A DNA stretch of 64,000 nucleotides from Vitrella brassicaformis CCMP3155 (taxonomy: Eukaryota > Protista > Chromerida), in contig CDMY01000408.1 of assembly GCA_001179505.1 (NCBI GenBank), positions 1 through 64,000 on the forward strand, in the 5' to 3' direction. Both the position numbers and the translations under genes were made by a program. The notes beneath the pieces were generated by a model. That model made no database searches and was not told the DNA's origin. It saw only the letters and a list, made by a program, of their open reading frames with translations. Within the stretch, counting starts at the first letter, position 1. Each line of letters opens with the position of its first letter. Of the stretch, positions 36,674-49,011 are shown piece after piece.

Positions 36674-37343
36674 AAGGGCTGTGAGAGCACCTTCCCTGCG
36701 AGGTTGTGGTATTTTCTGACGTGTTGGTCTGGCGATTGGTCGGCGTGTGCGTCAGCTGGTTCGCCGCGCCTGCCCTTCCCTCGCGGTGTGTCACGCGCCG
36801 ACTTTGTGCCCTTGGTGGGCGAGCGAGATCGCGACGCAGAACGAGACTTCTGACACCCAACACCCACACACACCACACACAGACACTAAGTGCCTCTGTG
36901 TGTGAACCGCCCCGCCCCGTACCTTGTCCCGTGCGGCCTTCTTCCTGTCCCTGCCCTCCTGCTGCTCGCGCAGGCCCTCCTCGTATATCTGGTTGATACG
37001 GCTGATCTCCTCGGCATCGATCTCAATGACCGCATAGGGGTCGGCATCCACAGCACCGTACAGCCCGGCGTTGGGCGCAAAGCCGGCTGCTGCAGCACCC
37101 GTCGGAAGGCCACGAGAAGTGGTGGGCCGGCCGGAGCGCTGCCACACACCACACACCAGCGAGTTTTAACGCAGGATTACATACCCGCTTGTCGTTGCCC
37201 TTCGGCTTCGTGTTGGTGGTCTGGTCGCTCCCTCAGGTACCTTTGATCGGGTGTCAGCTGAGAGGTCAGCGTAGTCGTCCGAGTCCTCCTCGTTGATGAA
37301 CTGATGCAGGCTACCGATAGAACCACCCTCGCGATGGTGGGCT
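29959..37343 (-). CDS. Large coiled-coil centrosomal protein, CEP162/QN1-like, with an EF-hand; 5' end uncertain; spans a gap
   Basis: ELSDALKKKHPDSLTAMMAS...RQVKDLEAQVKDLHEQL resembles the remembered CEP162 motif LKRRYPNSLPALILAA...KRIKKLEADL; extensive heptad exons; EF-hand loop DSNQDGFIERRD; putative last exon EDVKKQYHGYLF...*. Confidence 0.65.
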
Positions 37344-37878
37344 GACACACACACACACAGATAGCCAGAGGAGCGAACGGCCACAAGCCACGTGTGTTGC
37401 TTGCAGGACGTTTGTTAAATGCAGCCAGCCTCTTGATTGAGCCCATCCTCCTCTCACCCATTCGTCAGATGAAGGAGCTGCAGCAACCAACCATCACCAG
37501 AAAGATGGATTGCTGTCCGTGGGAAGCACCAGAAGCGATAGGCTATCTCATCATCACCACACTAACAGCCAGAATCATCGTCATCGTTATTACATACCCC
37601 TGCCAGAACTTCTTCTTTCCACCTCTGTTTCACTCCAGGGCAGCGTAACTCCTCCTCCTCATCCCGGGGCGGGAGGATATCCTGGAGCCGTTGTGTCGCA
37701 GTCCAGCCCATAGCCGGTTCACGGCCGTGAACCGCCCGAGGAAAGTGACTTCAAAGAAAAGGGCGGATACATCGGGCTGCTGCTTGCAGGGTGAGCAAAC
37801 CGATGCGCCGCTCCTTCTTCCTACCGCATCGCCATCTCTGATGGGTCATCTTTGGTCTTCTGTCAGGCGCTGACAGCA

Positions 37879-40317
37879 ATGGATAACTCTCCGCCTCCAG
37901 TCCAAGTGGGAGGCGCTGCCGCTCAGCCCGATGTGCAGCTGCAAGATCTGTCACTTCCCGAGCCCCTGCGCGCGCATCTCAAGGCCATGGGCAAGCACTC
38001 AGGTGATAGCGTAGCGACGACATCCGCATGGGGACAATGGACGTCCTTATTGGTGTTGTGTTGTGTGGCGTTTGCAGAGTATTCTCTGGTGGTGTGTGGT
38101 GACCTCGAGAAGGAGTGCCAGCTGGCAAAAGTGGAGAAAGAGGTGCAATGCAATCGGCCTCTACAATGAATGCCGTGTGGATGGATGGATGGATGTGTGT
38201 GTTTGTGTGCGCGTGTGTGTGGTCAGGTCGGGATGGACAAGGTCAGCATGGCGTTGCTGGTGCACAGTGAGTGCAGCAAGCTGCTCCACCGATACAACTG
38301 GCATGGGGCACTCGCAGACCCCACGCAGGTGGGTACTCACAAGCTCAATCCGACAGACAGACAGACAGACAGACACCCTCTGTGCTCTCCATGTGCCATC
38401 CATTCATGTGTGTCCGTCTACTGTAGATGTTGTCGTCACACGAGGAGGGCGGCCCCTCTCCGTGGCTGGCAGGGCCGCCCGGCTCGCTGCCGCCATCGCA
38501 GGAGGAGGAAGGAGATGCCGATGAGAATGGCCATGACGATGGTGACGCACCGCCGCTGTATACTGGCACAGGGGGCCCAGGTGGGATGCAGCTGATGGAG
38601 ATGCAGCTGGTGGAGATGGAGATGCCCCCGCCATCGCCCTCGCCCTCCCCAGCGCCAGGCATGCACCCGCCACTCGTACCCTCGTGCATGCACTTCGGCA
38701 CGGGAGCTGCCGAGTGAGTGACTGAGTGAGAAAGAATAGACGAGCAAAGACAGACAAGAAAGACAACTGACGTCATTAGTGTGTGTCGTGCTGTGTGTTG
38801 TCTCATGTGAGGTTTGATCGCATATTGGGCGGTGGTTTGCGAGCGGGCAGCTGGACGGAGCTGTACGGGCCGTCTTCGTCTCTGCTGACAGAGGTCCTCC
38901 AGTCCGTCGCCGCACACGTGACGATGGCCCACCCAACAGCCACAGTCGTCTACTGCCAGGCTGGTACGGCACCAGCATGCCGCCCTTTATGCTCACTGCA
39001 CTGGACTGATTTATCTGTCATGATGGATGTCTTGTGTGCAGGTCTGACGTTCAGGGCCGAGAGTTTCCTGGAGGTGCTCAACGCGCGATACATCGACGAG
39101 CGGCTGCACGAGACGCAGGAGGCCGAGTCGGTGCTCAAGGCCGCCCTGTCGCGATTGCGGGTGGAGCACACACCCACGTGGGAGGAGCTGTCTGTGGCAC
39201 TCGACCGCATACACATGGCCAACGCCCTCCGTGGTGGCAAGCCGCGTGTGTTGGTGATAGTGGACGGGCTGTCGCTGGTCTTCACGCCGCTCACGAGCCT
39301 CAGACCATTCCCATGTATGTGTGTATGTGGGTATGTGATGTGATGTGAGGGATGGAACGTCGTCAGAGAGGATCGCTGTCTACTATACTGTCCGTGTGTG
39401 TGGTGTGTGGTTGTGTGTGTAGATGTGGAGCATTTGCTGTGGCGTCAGATGCGGCGTGTGGCCCTCAGCGCAGAAGTCGCCATACTGGTTTGTATGGATG
39501 TATCGATCTCTCTATCGTATAGAGAGAGAAGCTCTCTCTGTGTGTATGGTTTCCTCTGCCTCTCTCTCTGTCCTTCAGACGACCAACCACACAGTATCGC
39601 CGAGCGGCCGCGACCAAACAACTGTGAGCCTGACGTCTGTTGGGGGCTCTCTACATAATTAGCTGACAAACAAACACGCCTGTCTGTCTGTCTGTCTGTC
39701 AGCAGCATCAGCAGCGGTCGATGGCGGGTGACATGGACATTGGCTCGGCATCGTCCGGCCGCTATCAGGTGCCGCGCCACCGTCCTGGCATGGGGTGGTT
39801 CTGGCTGCACGGACCGGACCTCACGGTTAGCCAAAGGCACACTCCCACCAGCCACGAGTGCACAACTCGATGCGTGTGTGCACCTTAGGTAGAGGTTGAG
39901 CCTGTCGAGAGTGTGTATGAGGGCGTCTGTGAGGGTGAGGAGCCTGACGCCAACGTGCCCATGCCTGTGTGGGCGACAGTGCGGTCACACGACCACCTGC
40001 ACGTACGGCATTGCAATGAGTGAGAGTGTGCCATGGGTTGGCCGATCTGTGGATGGATGGGTGCGTCGCGACACGTGTGTGTGTGTGTATGTGTGTATGT
40101 GTGTGCAGCCGCAGCTGAGAGGCCAGAGGGCCCAGCTGTATGCCACCATCAAGGGTACGCACCCCTAAACACACATCACCATGACGTGTGTGTGTGTCTG
40201 CGCGTGTGTGTCTCAGGGATAGTTGATGCGCCGGACGATGTGACGGGCCATCCACCCAACATGTCCGACGCCATGCAGATGCAGACAGACACGCTGCAGC
40301 AGTCGAGCGTAGCGTAG
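37879..40317 (+). CDS. RAD51-paralogue-like RecA-fold protein (RAD51D/XRCC2-like) with degenerate Walker A
   Basis: FDRILGGGLRAGSWTELYGPSSSLLTEVL; Walker B RVLVIVDGLS; EVAILTTNH; RPGMGWFWLHGP (cf. RAD51D KPALGRSW); terminal GIVD. Confidence 0.8.
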
Positions 40318-40642
40318 CGTAGCTTACTTTGCCTATCCTTCGTGTGCACAGACAGCCGTCCAGTCCATGTGCAGTGTACAGAGACATCTGCCACTTGTCA
40401 ATATCGATCTTCTCGTCCGCCGCGGTCGGTGAGGGTTTCATCCTACGCAGTATGATAGGTAGAGTCTTGAGTTCATAAATCACACACATAGACAGACAGA
40501 CAGACATACACGCACACAAGGACCATCCACTCACTCAGGCAAAGAGAAACACGCGACAAGACCACACACCACATACCACAGCGCACCATTCGTTTCTCCA
40601 CCACCGCCACCACCACCACCCGTTCGTCCTGACTCACTCAAG

Positions 40643-41979
40643 TCAATCCTTGTCGGTTTTGATGGCTGCTCTCTTGGCCCTTTTGCCGGTCATGCACTCG
40701 GCCAGTTCGACGAAGGTCCTCTTGAGCTGTGCGGAGGGGAACAGCAGCGGAATGCACGCACCCTCCTTCAAGTAAAACGCACACGTACTGAGGGAGGGAA
40801 CAAGGGAGAGAACAAATCACAGACAGACACATATATCGACACATGAGAGGAGAGAGGGAGGGAGGGCCACTTGGTCTGTCCCTTCCTGACCGATCAGCTT
40901 CTATTTCCGATTTGATTTCGACTTTGGCCAGGTGCTCCTTGGTGTGCAGCAGGCCACGCAGCGCATTCAACGGGACCTCACGGGCCTTCTCCTGCACACA
41001 CACACAAGTGCACCAAAACACACAGATGGACAGAATTATGGAGGGAGGGAGAGACGGCCATGCACATGGACAGATGCTGTGTGTCTGACCTCTGTGCCGA
41101 TGATGAAAACCCCCTCGTCGTACCGGAGCTTCAACGAACACTCTATCTGCTGACCACCCTGACAACATTCAAAGGCAGACAGACAGACAGACAATGAGAC
41201 AGAAAGTGCTTGTCTCCCCCCCTCCCTCCCTCCCCCCTCTCAGGCTGCCTGCCCCTGGCTGACGACGTACTTACGTGTAGGAGTACTGCGACGGGCAGTC
41301 CGTCCTCCTCGAGTTGGTTGACGAAGTCCAGCGTCTCAGCCTTCAACTCTGACTTGGACTTAGCCGGACCCCTCCCAGACTGACACACAAACACACAGAC
41401 ACAGACACATGTATCCAACCGTTCATCCATTAGGAATGAGCTCTGGCCGAGAAGGTCGGTCGGTGGTCGGGCGGTGTCTTACTTGGCTTGCAGAGACGCC
41501 ATACGACTCCTTGTCCGACGCTGCAAGCAGCAATATCAATAAGCGAGGGACAACCACATGCCACACACTGCGTTCAGGTCCCACCCCCCGCTCACCCATG
41601 GAGGAGCTCTCCACTGCGGGCCCCTCGGGCGGCGCCAGAGACGGCGACACGTCGGGACTCGGCATGGGCGGATAACTCGCGTGCTGCACTCAGCCAGTCC
41701 AGTCCAAATGTGGCGCCGAGACGTCCGTCTCACCTCTGGTTCTTCCGCTGCTTCGATCTGCGACGCGGGCGGCTGGAAGTAGACACCGCCATTCGCTGCC
41801 GGGGGCTGATAGGCTGCATTCGACGGCGGCGCTGCACACACGCAAGACAGACAAATGGTGGGTGATTTGCGCGGTGCACCCACGGGGGCTGAGAGACTCA
41901 TTCATTACATACCGACAAATTGCTGTTCTCCCTTGGTGGCGTCTTCGCAGCCGCAACACCGGCTAATGTAGGCACCCAT
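40643..41979 (-). CDS. ISP: IMC sub-compartment protein (ISP family, PH-like fold) with N-myristoylation/palmitoylation motif
   Basis: MGAYISRCCGCED; FVNQLEEDGLPVAVLL; IECSLKL; EKAREVPLNALRGLLHTKEHLAKVEIKSEIEADR|TCAFYLKEGACIPLLF...KRTFVEL, collinear with remembered Toxoplasma ISP1 (VRVIPLSDIKALLHTRDQLQRVE...GNCIPLRF). Confidence 0.88.
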
Positions 41980-42343
41980 GGCCACACACGGTGGACCACA
42001 CTGCATCAAAGAGAACACGCCATCGCAGCCTTTCTCCATGTGCACATGAGCAGACACTCCATGCTAACTCACCTACCTTTGTGTAAGGCTGAATCAGAGG
42101 TGCCGCAGTGCAAATGGTGAATGCCCTGCTGCAGCACCACAGAATGACCAACAACAACACATCCCCTGCACTTGTCTCTCCGAGAGTGGGGGCAAGACGC
42201 GCTGGAGCTCGCCCCCCAGATCTCCGGCTTGAAATCATGAGATCTCCAGCAACTTAACTTGAGGCGACTCTCTACATCTACACCTATCGACGGCTCGAGG
42301 CCTGCTGCTCACTTCATCCCCCGCACACTACAGGCAGGAAAGG

Positions 42344-44197
42344 ATGTGTGGTCGAGTGGCCTGCACGCTGGCTCCCGCCCAGCTGCGCCGCATCGCCAGG
42401 GCACAGCGCACACGAAACCTCGGCAACTACAGACCCAAGTCAGTCAGTCAGCGATCGCTGGCATACACGGCAAGGGAGGTTCAGCACTGATTGGCGCGAC
42501 TCCATGTTGTTGTGATGCTTGCATTGCAGGTACAACATGGCACCGACCAACACGGCTCCCGTCATCTACGAAAAGAAGAACAAGGACAACGGCGGCGGCC
42601 GCGAGCGTGTGGTGCACGCCATGCGGTGGGGACTCATCCCCTCCTACGCCAAGAAGGAGACCGCATTCACGGGAGAGTTCAACACCATCAACGCCAGAAG
42701 CGAAAACGTCGCCAACAGCCCCGTATACCGGTCAGTCAGCCAGCCAGCCAGCCGATGGATGACCGTGGATGGATGAATGATGGTGTGGTGTGGTGTGGTG
42801 TGGTTTGGTTCATCTCTGCAGGCGTCTGGTGAACAGCAAGCGTTGTGTGGTGGTAGCTGATGGATTCTACGAGTGGAAGGCCAACCCCAGGGGCGGCAAG
42901 AAACTGCCCCACTTCATACGGCTCAAGAAATCCGTCAAGGGTCGGTGGGTGCCTCGCACGCACGAACTCGTGTGGAAGGATCCCTTCACCGATATCTATC
43001 AATGGTTGTGTGTGACGTGTGTCGTTTCAGAGTCTGTGATAGAGTACCACGACAAGGCCACGGCAGCAACAGCGGCATCGGAGGCCGCTGAGCCGCCCGC
43101 CAAAAAGATCAAGACAGACACCCAGTCGACTGCCGGTGCGCATACAGCAGACCACTACCGACCAGAAAACTGTCTGTCTGTCTGTCTGAGTGTGTGCAGA
43201 TGGTGCTATGGTGGAGTATGACGGCGAGTCGCTGCAGTGGCCCCCCGAGGGCACTGACGCACGCCAGGCCGTCCTCAATGAAAACGAGGCGCCGCTGCTC
43301 ATGGCCGGTGCCCACCACTAACAGACAAACAGGCCTACACACACAGCACACGTGTGCCTTGGTTGCATCTTCTGGCTGTGTTTGGTTTGTCGTGTGTGCT
43401 GTGCAGGTTTGTATGACGCGTGGAAGGACCCCGACAGCGGCGAGTGGCTGTACTCGTACACAGTCCTCACGATGGACTCTTCACACACACCCGTCGAGGG
43501 CGTGCACGACAGGTGCGGACGATGGATGAATCCGCCGCTAATTGCTCACACGCCACCTGTGAGTGGTCATGTCACGTGCAGGATGCCCGTGTTTCTGACG
43601 CCCGAGACGGCGTCGCTGTGGCTCGACTGTGAGGGCGTGCCGCTGCAGCAGTGCCTCGACACCGTCAAGCGTCAAGCCGCCAAACTATGTACTTAAGTGC
43701 ATCAATTGACCGACACACAATCCACTGCCTTCATCCGCGTATGCGGTGTGTGTGTGTGTGTGTGTGCAGGCCAGGAGTCGTTTGAGTTGTACGAGGTGCC
43801 GCCGTTGGTGAGCAACATGCGCAACAACAGCATCGAGTGCGTCATGCCCAAGGACCAGTACGACAAGGCACAATTCAACAAAGGCATCGGACGCTTTTTC
43901 TCACCCACCTCGCAAACCAAGAAGGACCCGGGCAGCGCCGCCGCCAGTGCAGCCCTCCCCGCCCCCGCCATCAAGAAACAGGAGATGCCGTCAGCTGCAG
44001 CTGCGGCAGCCATCAAGCGGGAAGAGGCTTCATCTCCCGCTGCTGCTGGTGATGGCGGTGGTGGTGGTGGTGTCAAGAAGGAGGAGGTCAAGCCCAAGGC
44101 CAAGCAGGGGTCAGGGCGGGGCAGCAAGGGCACGCCGCCGCCGGTGGAGGGCAAGGGTTCCATCAAGGCCTTTTTCAAACCGGCAAGCGGCAAGTAA
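42344..44197 (+). CDS. HMCES: HMCES/SRAP (DUF159) abasic-site DNA-protein crosslink protein
   Basis: MCGRVAC (catalytic Cys2); YNMAPT; MRWGLIP; INARSE; RCVVVADGFYEW; GLYDAW; YSYTVLT; VHDRMPVFL; LYEVPPLVSNMRNNS. Confidence 0.95.
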
Positions 44198-44960
44198 GTA
44201 GGAAGGAAACAGACAGGGAGGGAGGGAGGGGGCATGGTGTAGTGTAGACGGGTATTTTTAGATGGTGGGCTTAATGGTTTCCCTGGCACGTGTTTATTTG
44301 TTTTCCGCCTTCTTGAGATACATACGCCCACACATTCATCGAGGTTTTTGACACCCATCTTGTTGAGGAGTTGTCAGGTTGGAAGGCACTCATGTGAGAG
44401 AAACGAGCAGCGATTGAACGGTCAGTGCTCGGACGCGTTGCATCTGTTGGTGCTGGTGGGAAAGTCTCGGCTTGCCATGCAGAGTTCAGACAGGAAGGAC
44501 ACAACAAAGAAACACGGTCAGATGCACACACACACACACACGCCGTCACACGGACGGGACATTCACACAACTGAATCTCAACACACAGACACGGACGCGC
44601 TCCCTTGACACACACAAACACAGGACTGACTGACAAGTGTACACACCCACACACCCACACTCCCTTGTTGGCTGATGGGAGGACGAATTGTGCCAATGAA
44701 TGACCAAGAAAAACAAGCGTGATGGCCGGTGTGTCTGGCCGAGAGGCCAGACAGACCACCCCACCGCCCACAAACGCAGGGGTACAGTAGACTAGACTAC
44801 AGCACACCACGTGCGCCGACACGGCATACACAGGGAGGGCTACATATAGCCACCATCTCACCCGCTTCCTACCTACCTAGTCAAGTCAAGTCGAGTCGAG
44901 TCGACAAGAACAGTGCACTCACCGCCCCACCGCATCCATCCCTCGACCCCATCCACTCTC

Positions 44961-45962
44961 TCAGAAAGGCACATAACGACCGTCCGGCCGACCCAGCTTG
45001 TGATTCTCTGATTCAGCGGTCGTGTCGGTGGTGTCGCTTGTGCTGTCAACGTCAGTGTCCTCTTGTGGATCGGTTGGTTTGCCCACCACACGCACGTCGG
45101 TAAGCGCCGCTGCTGGCGCCTGGGCCGATGACGCTTTTGGCACAGGGGCGGAGGGGGCATGTGTTGTCGTCGTCGTTCTCTCCCACGGAGTTTGGCCGGC
45201 ACGGTTTTTTCCAGCACAGATCCCATAGATGACGACCAGGACCAAGAAGGAGGGGCAAATGTAGGTCATGAAGTCGGCGGGCGAAGAGGGGGGACAGGCA
45301 TCGCCCTCCAGTCTCTCATTCTTGGCGTCGAAGCACACGTCAAAGTCAGTGGAGCTCCGCCAGTGGGTGACGGCCACAATCATCATGGCCAATGCCAACG
45401 TCAACGAGGTGCAGCCGTAGATGACATCGGACCAGTGGTTCCCGGCTCGCAGCAAGCAGAGGGCACCCACGAGGAGGAGCAGGGGAACGACGCAGCCAAT
45501 CACGACGTACACAAAGATGCCTGCACCCCTGAAATCCCGCCACATGGCAGCCGCCTTGTGGTCGTCCCGGGCCGAGCTCTTCTTCATCAACCAGCCGTAG
45601 GACGCAACGCACCTGCAGCAGCTGCCGTGCCCCTCGCAACTCTGGAAGTCCTGGCGGCCGAAGGGCGACTCGATACTCTGCCGCTCGCACCGGAGGGCGT
45701 AGTTGGCCGGTCCCCCAACACCAATTGTCAGACGGTAGCGCTGCAGCCCGTAGCTTTGCGACAGGTCCGCGTAGTGATGCGCGACGGACACCTGGTAAGC
45801 CCCCGTGGTGAGATCCTGCTCGATAGAGTGAATATGGTACTTGAAGTGCCTCCTTGACTCGACTCGCCACCCCGGCAACATAATGGGGAAGATCGCAGCG
45901 AGGACCACAATGAGGAAAGCCAGCGCTCTCAGAGCTAGCTTTTTGGCTGGAACGCCCTCCAT
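44961..45962 (-). CDS. Claudin/PMP22-like 4-TM protein, copy 1 (single exon)
   Basis: TM1 ALAFLIVVLAAIF, large Cys-containing loop with YGLQRYRL, AAAMWRDFRGAG, three further TMs. Confidence 0.7.
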   Translation of the reverse strand: MEGVPAKKLALRALAFLIVVLAAIFPIMLPGWRVESRRHFKYHIHSIEQDLTTGAYQVSVAHHYADLSQSYGLQRYRLTIGVGGPANYALRCERQSIESPFGRQDFQSCEGHGSCCRCVASYGWLMKKSSARDDHKAAAMWRDFRGAGIFVYVVIGCVVPLLLLVGALCLLRAGNHWSDVIYGCTSLTLALAMMIVAVTHWRSSTDFDVCFDAKNERLEGDACPPSSPADFMTYICPSFLVLVVIYGICAGKNRAGQTPWERTTTTTHAPSAPVPKASSAQAPAAALTDVRVVGKPTDPQEDTDVDSTSDTTDTTAESENHKLGRPDGRYVPF

Positions 45963-46170
45963 GCTGACCACCGCACAAGCCAAGCACACGAGTTGATGAC
46001 AAGGTGATGACTCCCCCGTTCCTTTCTTCTTTTCCTCACATTTGTGTGATGTCCTGTGTGTGAACGGCCAACGGTATAGGATGAGGACAGCGGGGTGAAA
46101 GAAAGGAAGGAGGAGGAAGGCTGCGGATCTGCTCAAGTTTCCGTTTCACGGTTGGTGTACCGTTTCATGG

Positions 46171-47146
46171 ATGGGTGGTTGTTCTGTCGCAGAGGATATC
46201 ATGACGTGTCGTGGTTTCACCCGGAAGCAAGTGTTCCATTACCTCGGCAAGCACCTCCCCAGTTTCTGCTTCCTTTTCTCCCTTCTCACCCTCGTGACTA
46301 ACGACGAATGGCTGAACTTACGCCAGGGCGTGAGGTCACAGGGGATCTGCGAGAGGTAAGCCAAGCCAAGCCAAGCTCACCACGCGAGGAAGCACTGCCT
46401 GCTGTCCCTTCAGCTGGGGTTTACAGAGGTACCGTCTGTCAGTGGAGCTTGTGCCACTGACCAACGCGACGGCGACGTGTGGCGACACCTCTGTCGACTC
46501 GCCTCTGTTCGGCCGTGGCGAGTTCAAGGGCTGCAAAGTAACTCACCATTATTGTGTATGTGAGTCATCCTACAGATGGCTGCGGCGGCGGAGCGTCAAG
46601 AGGGGCGACACTGAGGCAGCGGCCATGTGGCGGGACCTACGCGCAGCCGGCATCGTCATGTACGTCTTCAGCAGCCTCACAATGTTCTTTATCGCTTGCA
46701 GCAGCTATGGGGAACTTGATACCGTGTCTTCTAAAATGAAGAACGGCCTCCCGACCCATCCGCATGACTTGCGAGCAGCCGTCTTCTGCACGATAGCCGT
46801 AGCGCTCTCCCTTGTTGGCGGTATGATTTGGTGGTATCTGGCCGGCTCGGCGCGATGTGCTGATTTGGTGGAGGCTCGAGCCCTCTTTGCTGCGCCCAAT
46901 TGTGACATCAGCCCTGGGCGGTTCCGAGTCTGTCTGATCTCGTCTGTTCTATCGGTCGCTATGCTGTTCCAGTGGCTGTTTGTGTGGGACCGGGTGCGTC
47001 ACGACAAACGGCAAGCAGCGATCGTGGGGCAGCAAGCTCTTGCCAACCAGAACCAGCCCGCAGCCCACACGATCGGTTACGCCGCGGCCAATCCGCAAGA
47101 CGACGTCTACTACGATGCCGAGTCGACCGCAGGATCGGATGTGTGA
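46171..47146 (+). CDS. Claudin/PMP22-like 4-TM protein, copy 2 (2 exons)
   Basis: MGGCSV...FCFLFSLLTLVTNDEWL...CE|SWGLQRYRLSVELVP...AAAMWRDLRAAG plus three TMs; intron gtaagc..ttcag in frame. Confidence 0.75.
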
Positions 47147-48039
47147 GCAAGTGAGTGTCATAATTGGAGAGGCAGTGCGTGTCTAGGTGTCTGTGTGCTT
47201 GAGGCAGGCTGTGTTATCTGCACTCAGTGACTTGGTAGGTTAACGGTGATGTGTTGGTGATTTTTGCTGTTGTACTAACTTTTATCTGTCCTGCCTTTAT
47301 CAGTAGTGCACCTTGCCGGCAGTAGGGCCGTCTTGTGTTTGTTGTGCTGCACTCGTGTACTCAGTCAGCCTGCCGGCCGGTGTGTGGGGATCTTTGCCTC
47401 ACCCTTGTCTGCAGTGTGTGTGTGTGTCTGAGTGAGTAGTGTAAGGCTGTGTGCGACAGTGATCAACTCCGAGCGATTCACCCACTATGGGTCCACTCAG
47501 TGTCTCATCCATCTCGTCCCCAGCCAGTGTCAATAAAGGGAGCCGTCGACAAAAGACGAGGCAGTACACGCACACACACACCAGACAACAACTTAACCCA
47601 CTTAATCGGCTGCCGCCCCCCNNNNNNNNNNNNNNNNNNNNNNNNNNNNNNNNNNNNNNNNNNNNNNNNNNNNNNNNNNNNNNNNNNNNNNNNNNNNNNN
47701 NNNNNNNNNNNNNNNNNNNNNNNNNNNNNNNNNNNNNNNNNNNNNNNNNNNNNNNNNNNNNNNNNNNNNNNNNNNNNNNNNNNNNNNNNNNNNNNNNNNN
47801 NNNNNNNNNNNNNNNNNNNNNNNNNNNNNNNNNNNNNNNNNNNNNNNNNNNNNNNNNNNNNNNNNNNNNNNNNNNNNNNNNNNNNNNNNNNNNNNNNNNN
47901 NNNNNNNNNNNNNNNNNNNNNCCGCCCCCCCCCCCCCCCCCACACACACACAACTCATGACTCAGCATGGAAAGAAAAAAAACCCATCATTTCGCACCAA
48001 GCATCTGCATCGGCCTGGATCTATAAGTCACGCAAGCGT

Positions 48040-48320
48040 CAACGCACAGCAGCCCTCTTCATGCAGCACAAGCATCCACAGTACCTCCCCAGGCGTCGAT
48101 CAGCCCCCAGCGACTCACGCGCTGACGCGGCGTGGATAAAAAATCTGGCACCCAGCACAACAAGCAACGATGCATCACACAAGCTCTGTATGGATACTTG
48201 CGTCACGTATACGTGACGCGCACTTACAAATCGACTTCGTGCAGCTGATAATATAACACAACACAATAAGCCCCCCTCCCGATACAGTACGAGAAGAGAG
48301 GCGAATAAAAAGCGCCTCAC
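48040..48320. repeat. Diverged copy of the segment 3' of the GFA gene (matches ~48725-49000)
   Basis: gcagccctcttc, aaaaatct, agcacaacaagcaa.gat.catcac, cttgcgtcac.ta.acgtgacgcgcactta and aaagcgcctc are shared and collinear. Confidence 0.8.
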
Positions 48321-48430
48321 TCCCCCATCCCCCCAACCAGGTCCATCAGGATCCAGCCAGTGCCTCACTCCCCCATCCCCCCAACCAGGTCCATCAGGAT
48401 CCAGCCAGTGTCTCACTCCCCCGTCCCCCA
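48314..48430. repeat. 48-bp tandem repeat, 2 identical copies plus a partial third
   Basis: gcctcactcccccatccccccaaccaggtccatcaggatccagccagt starts at 48314 and 48362; partial at 48410. Confidence 0.95.
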
Positions 48431-49011
48431 TCGATAAAAAACGATGCAGTGCGATTGCAATACGCACTCACATCCACGTGGCACAACAACTTAACGTACA
48501 CAGAAGGAGATGACAGACACTTCACCTTACGACCGACAAGCCCTCGTACGGTACCCCATGATTGCCATCGGGACCCAAGCAAAGCACACCTCAATTAGAT
48601 CGATGCTGCTCACCCAATCGCCCCGCACCCTCACACACGTCAGCACCCGACAGTAGCAAAAAAACTATCAGTCGGCACCAGCCCATGTACCATGGGAACT
48701 GATGGATAAAGCACACAACCATCAATGCGCAGCAGCCCTCTTCACGCAGCTCAACCGTTCATAGCATCCCCTCGGTCGACGATCAGCAAAGCAACAACAT
48801 GCTCAGGCGGGGTGAAAAATCTCGCTCCTAGCACAACAAGCAATGATACATCACTACAGGTGCTTGCGTCACATACACGTGACGCGCACTTATGAATCGA
48901 CTCCATCCATCCGGCTCACAATAGAATACAACGCAACAGTAAGGCCCCCAAGCGATACGACACGAAACACAAATGCGAACAAGAAAGCGCCTCCCTCCCT
49001 TCCTCCCTCCC

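Noticed and set aside
23361-44197. Apparent DNA-repair cluster (DDB2/WDR76-like, SKP1, RAD51 paralogue, HMCES)
   Set aside because: Interspersed with unrelated ciliary and pellicle genes on both strands; consistent with chance.
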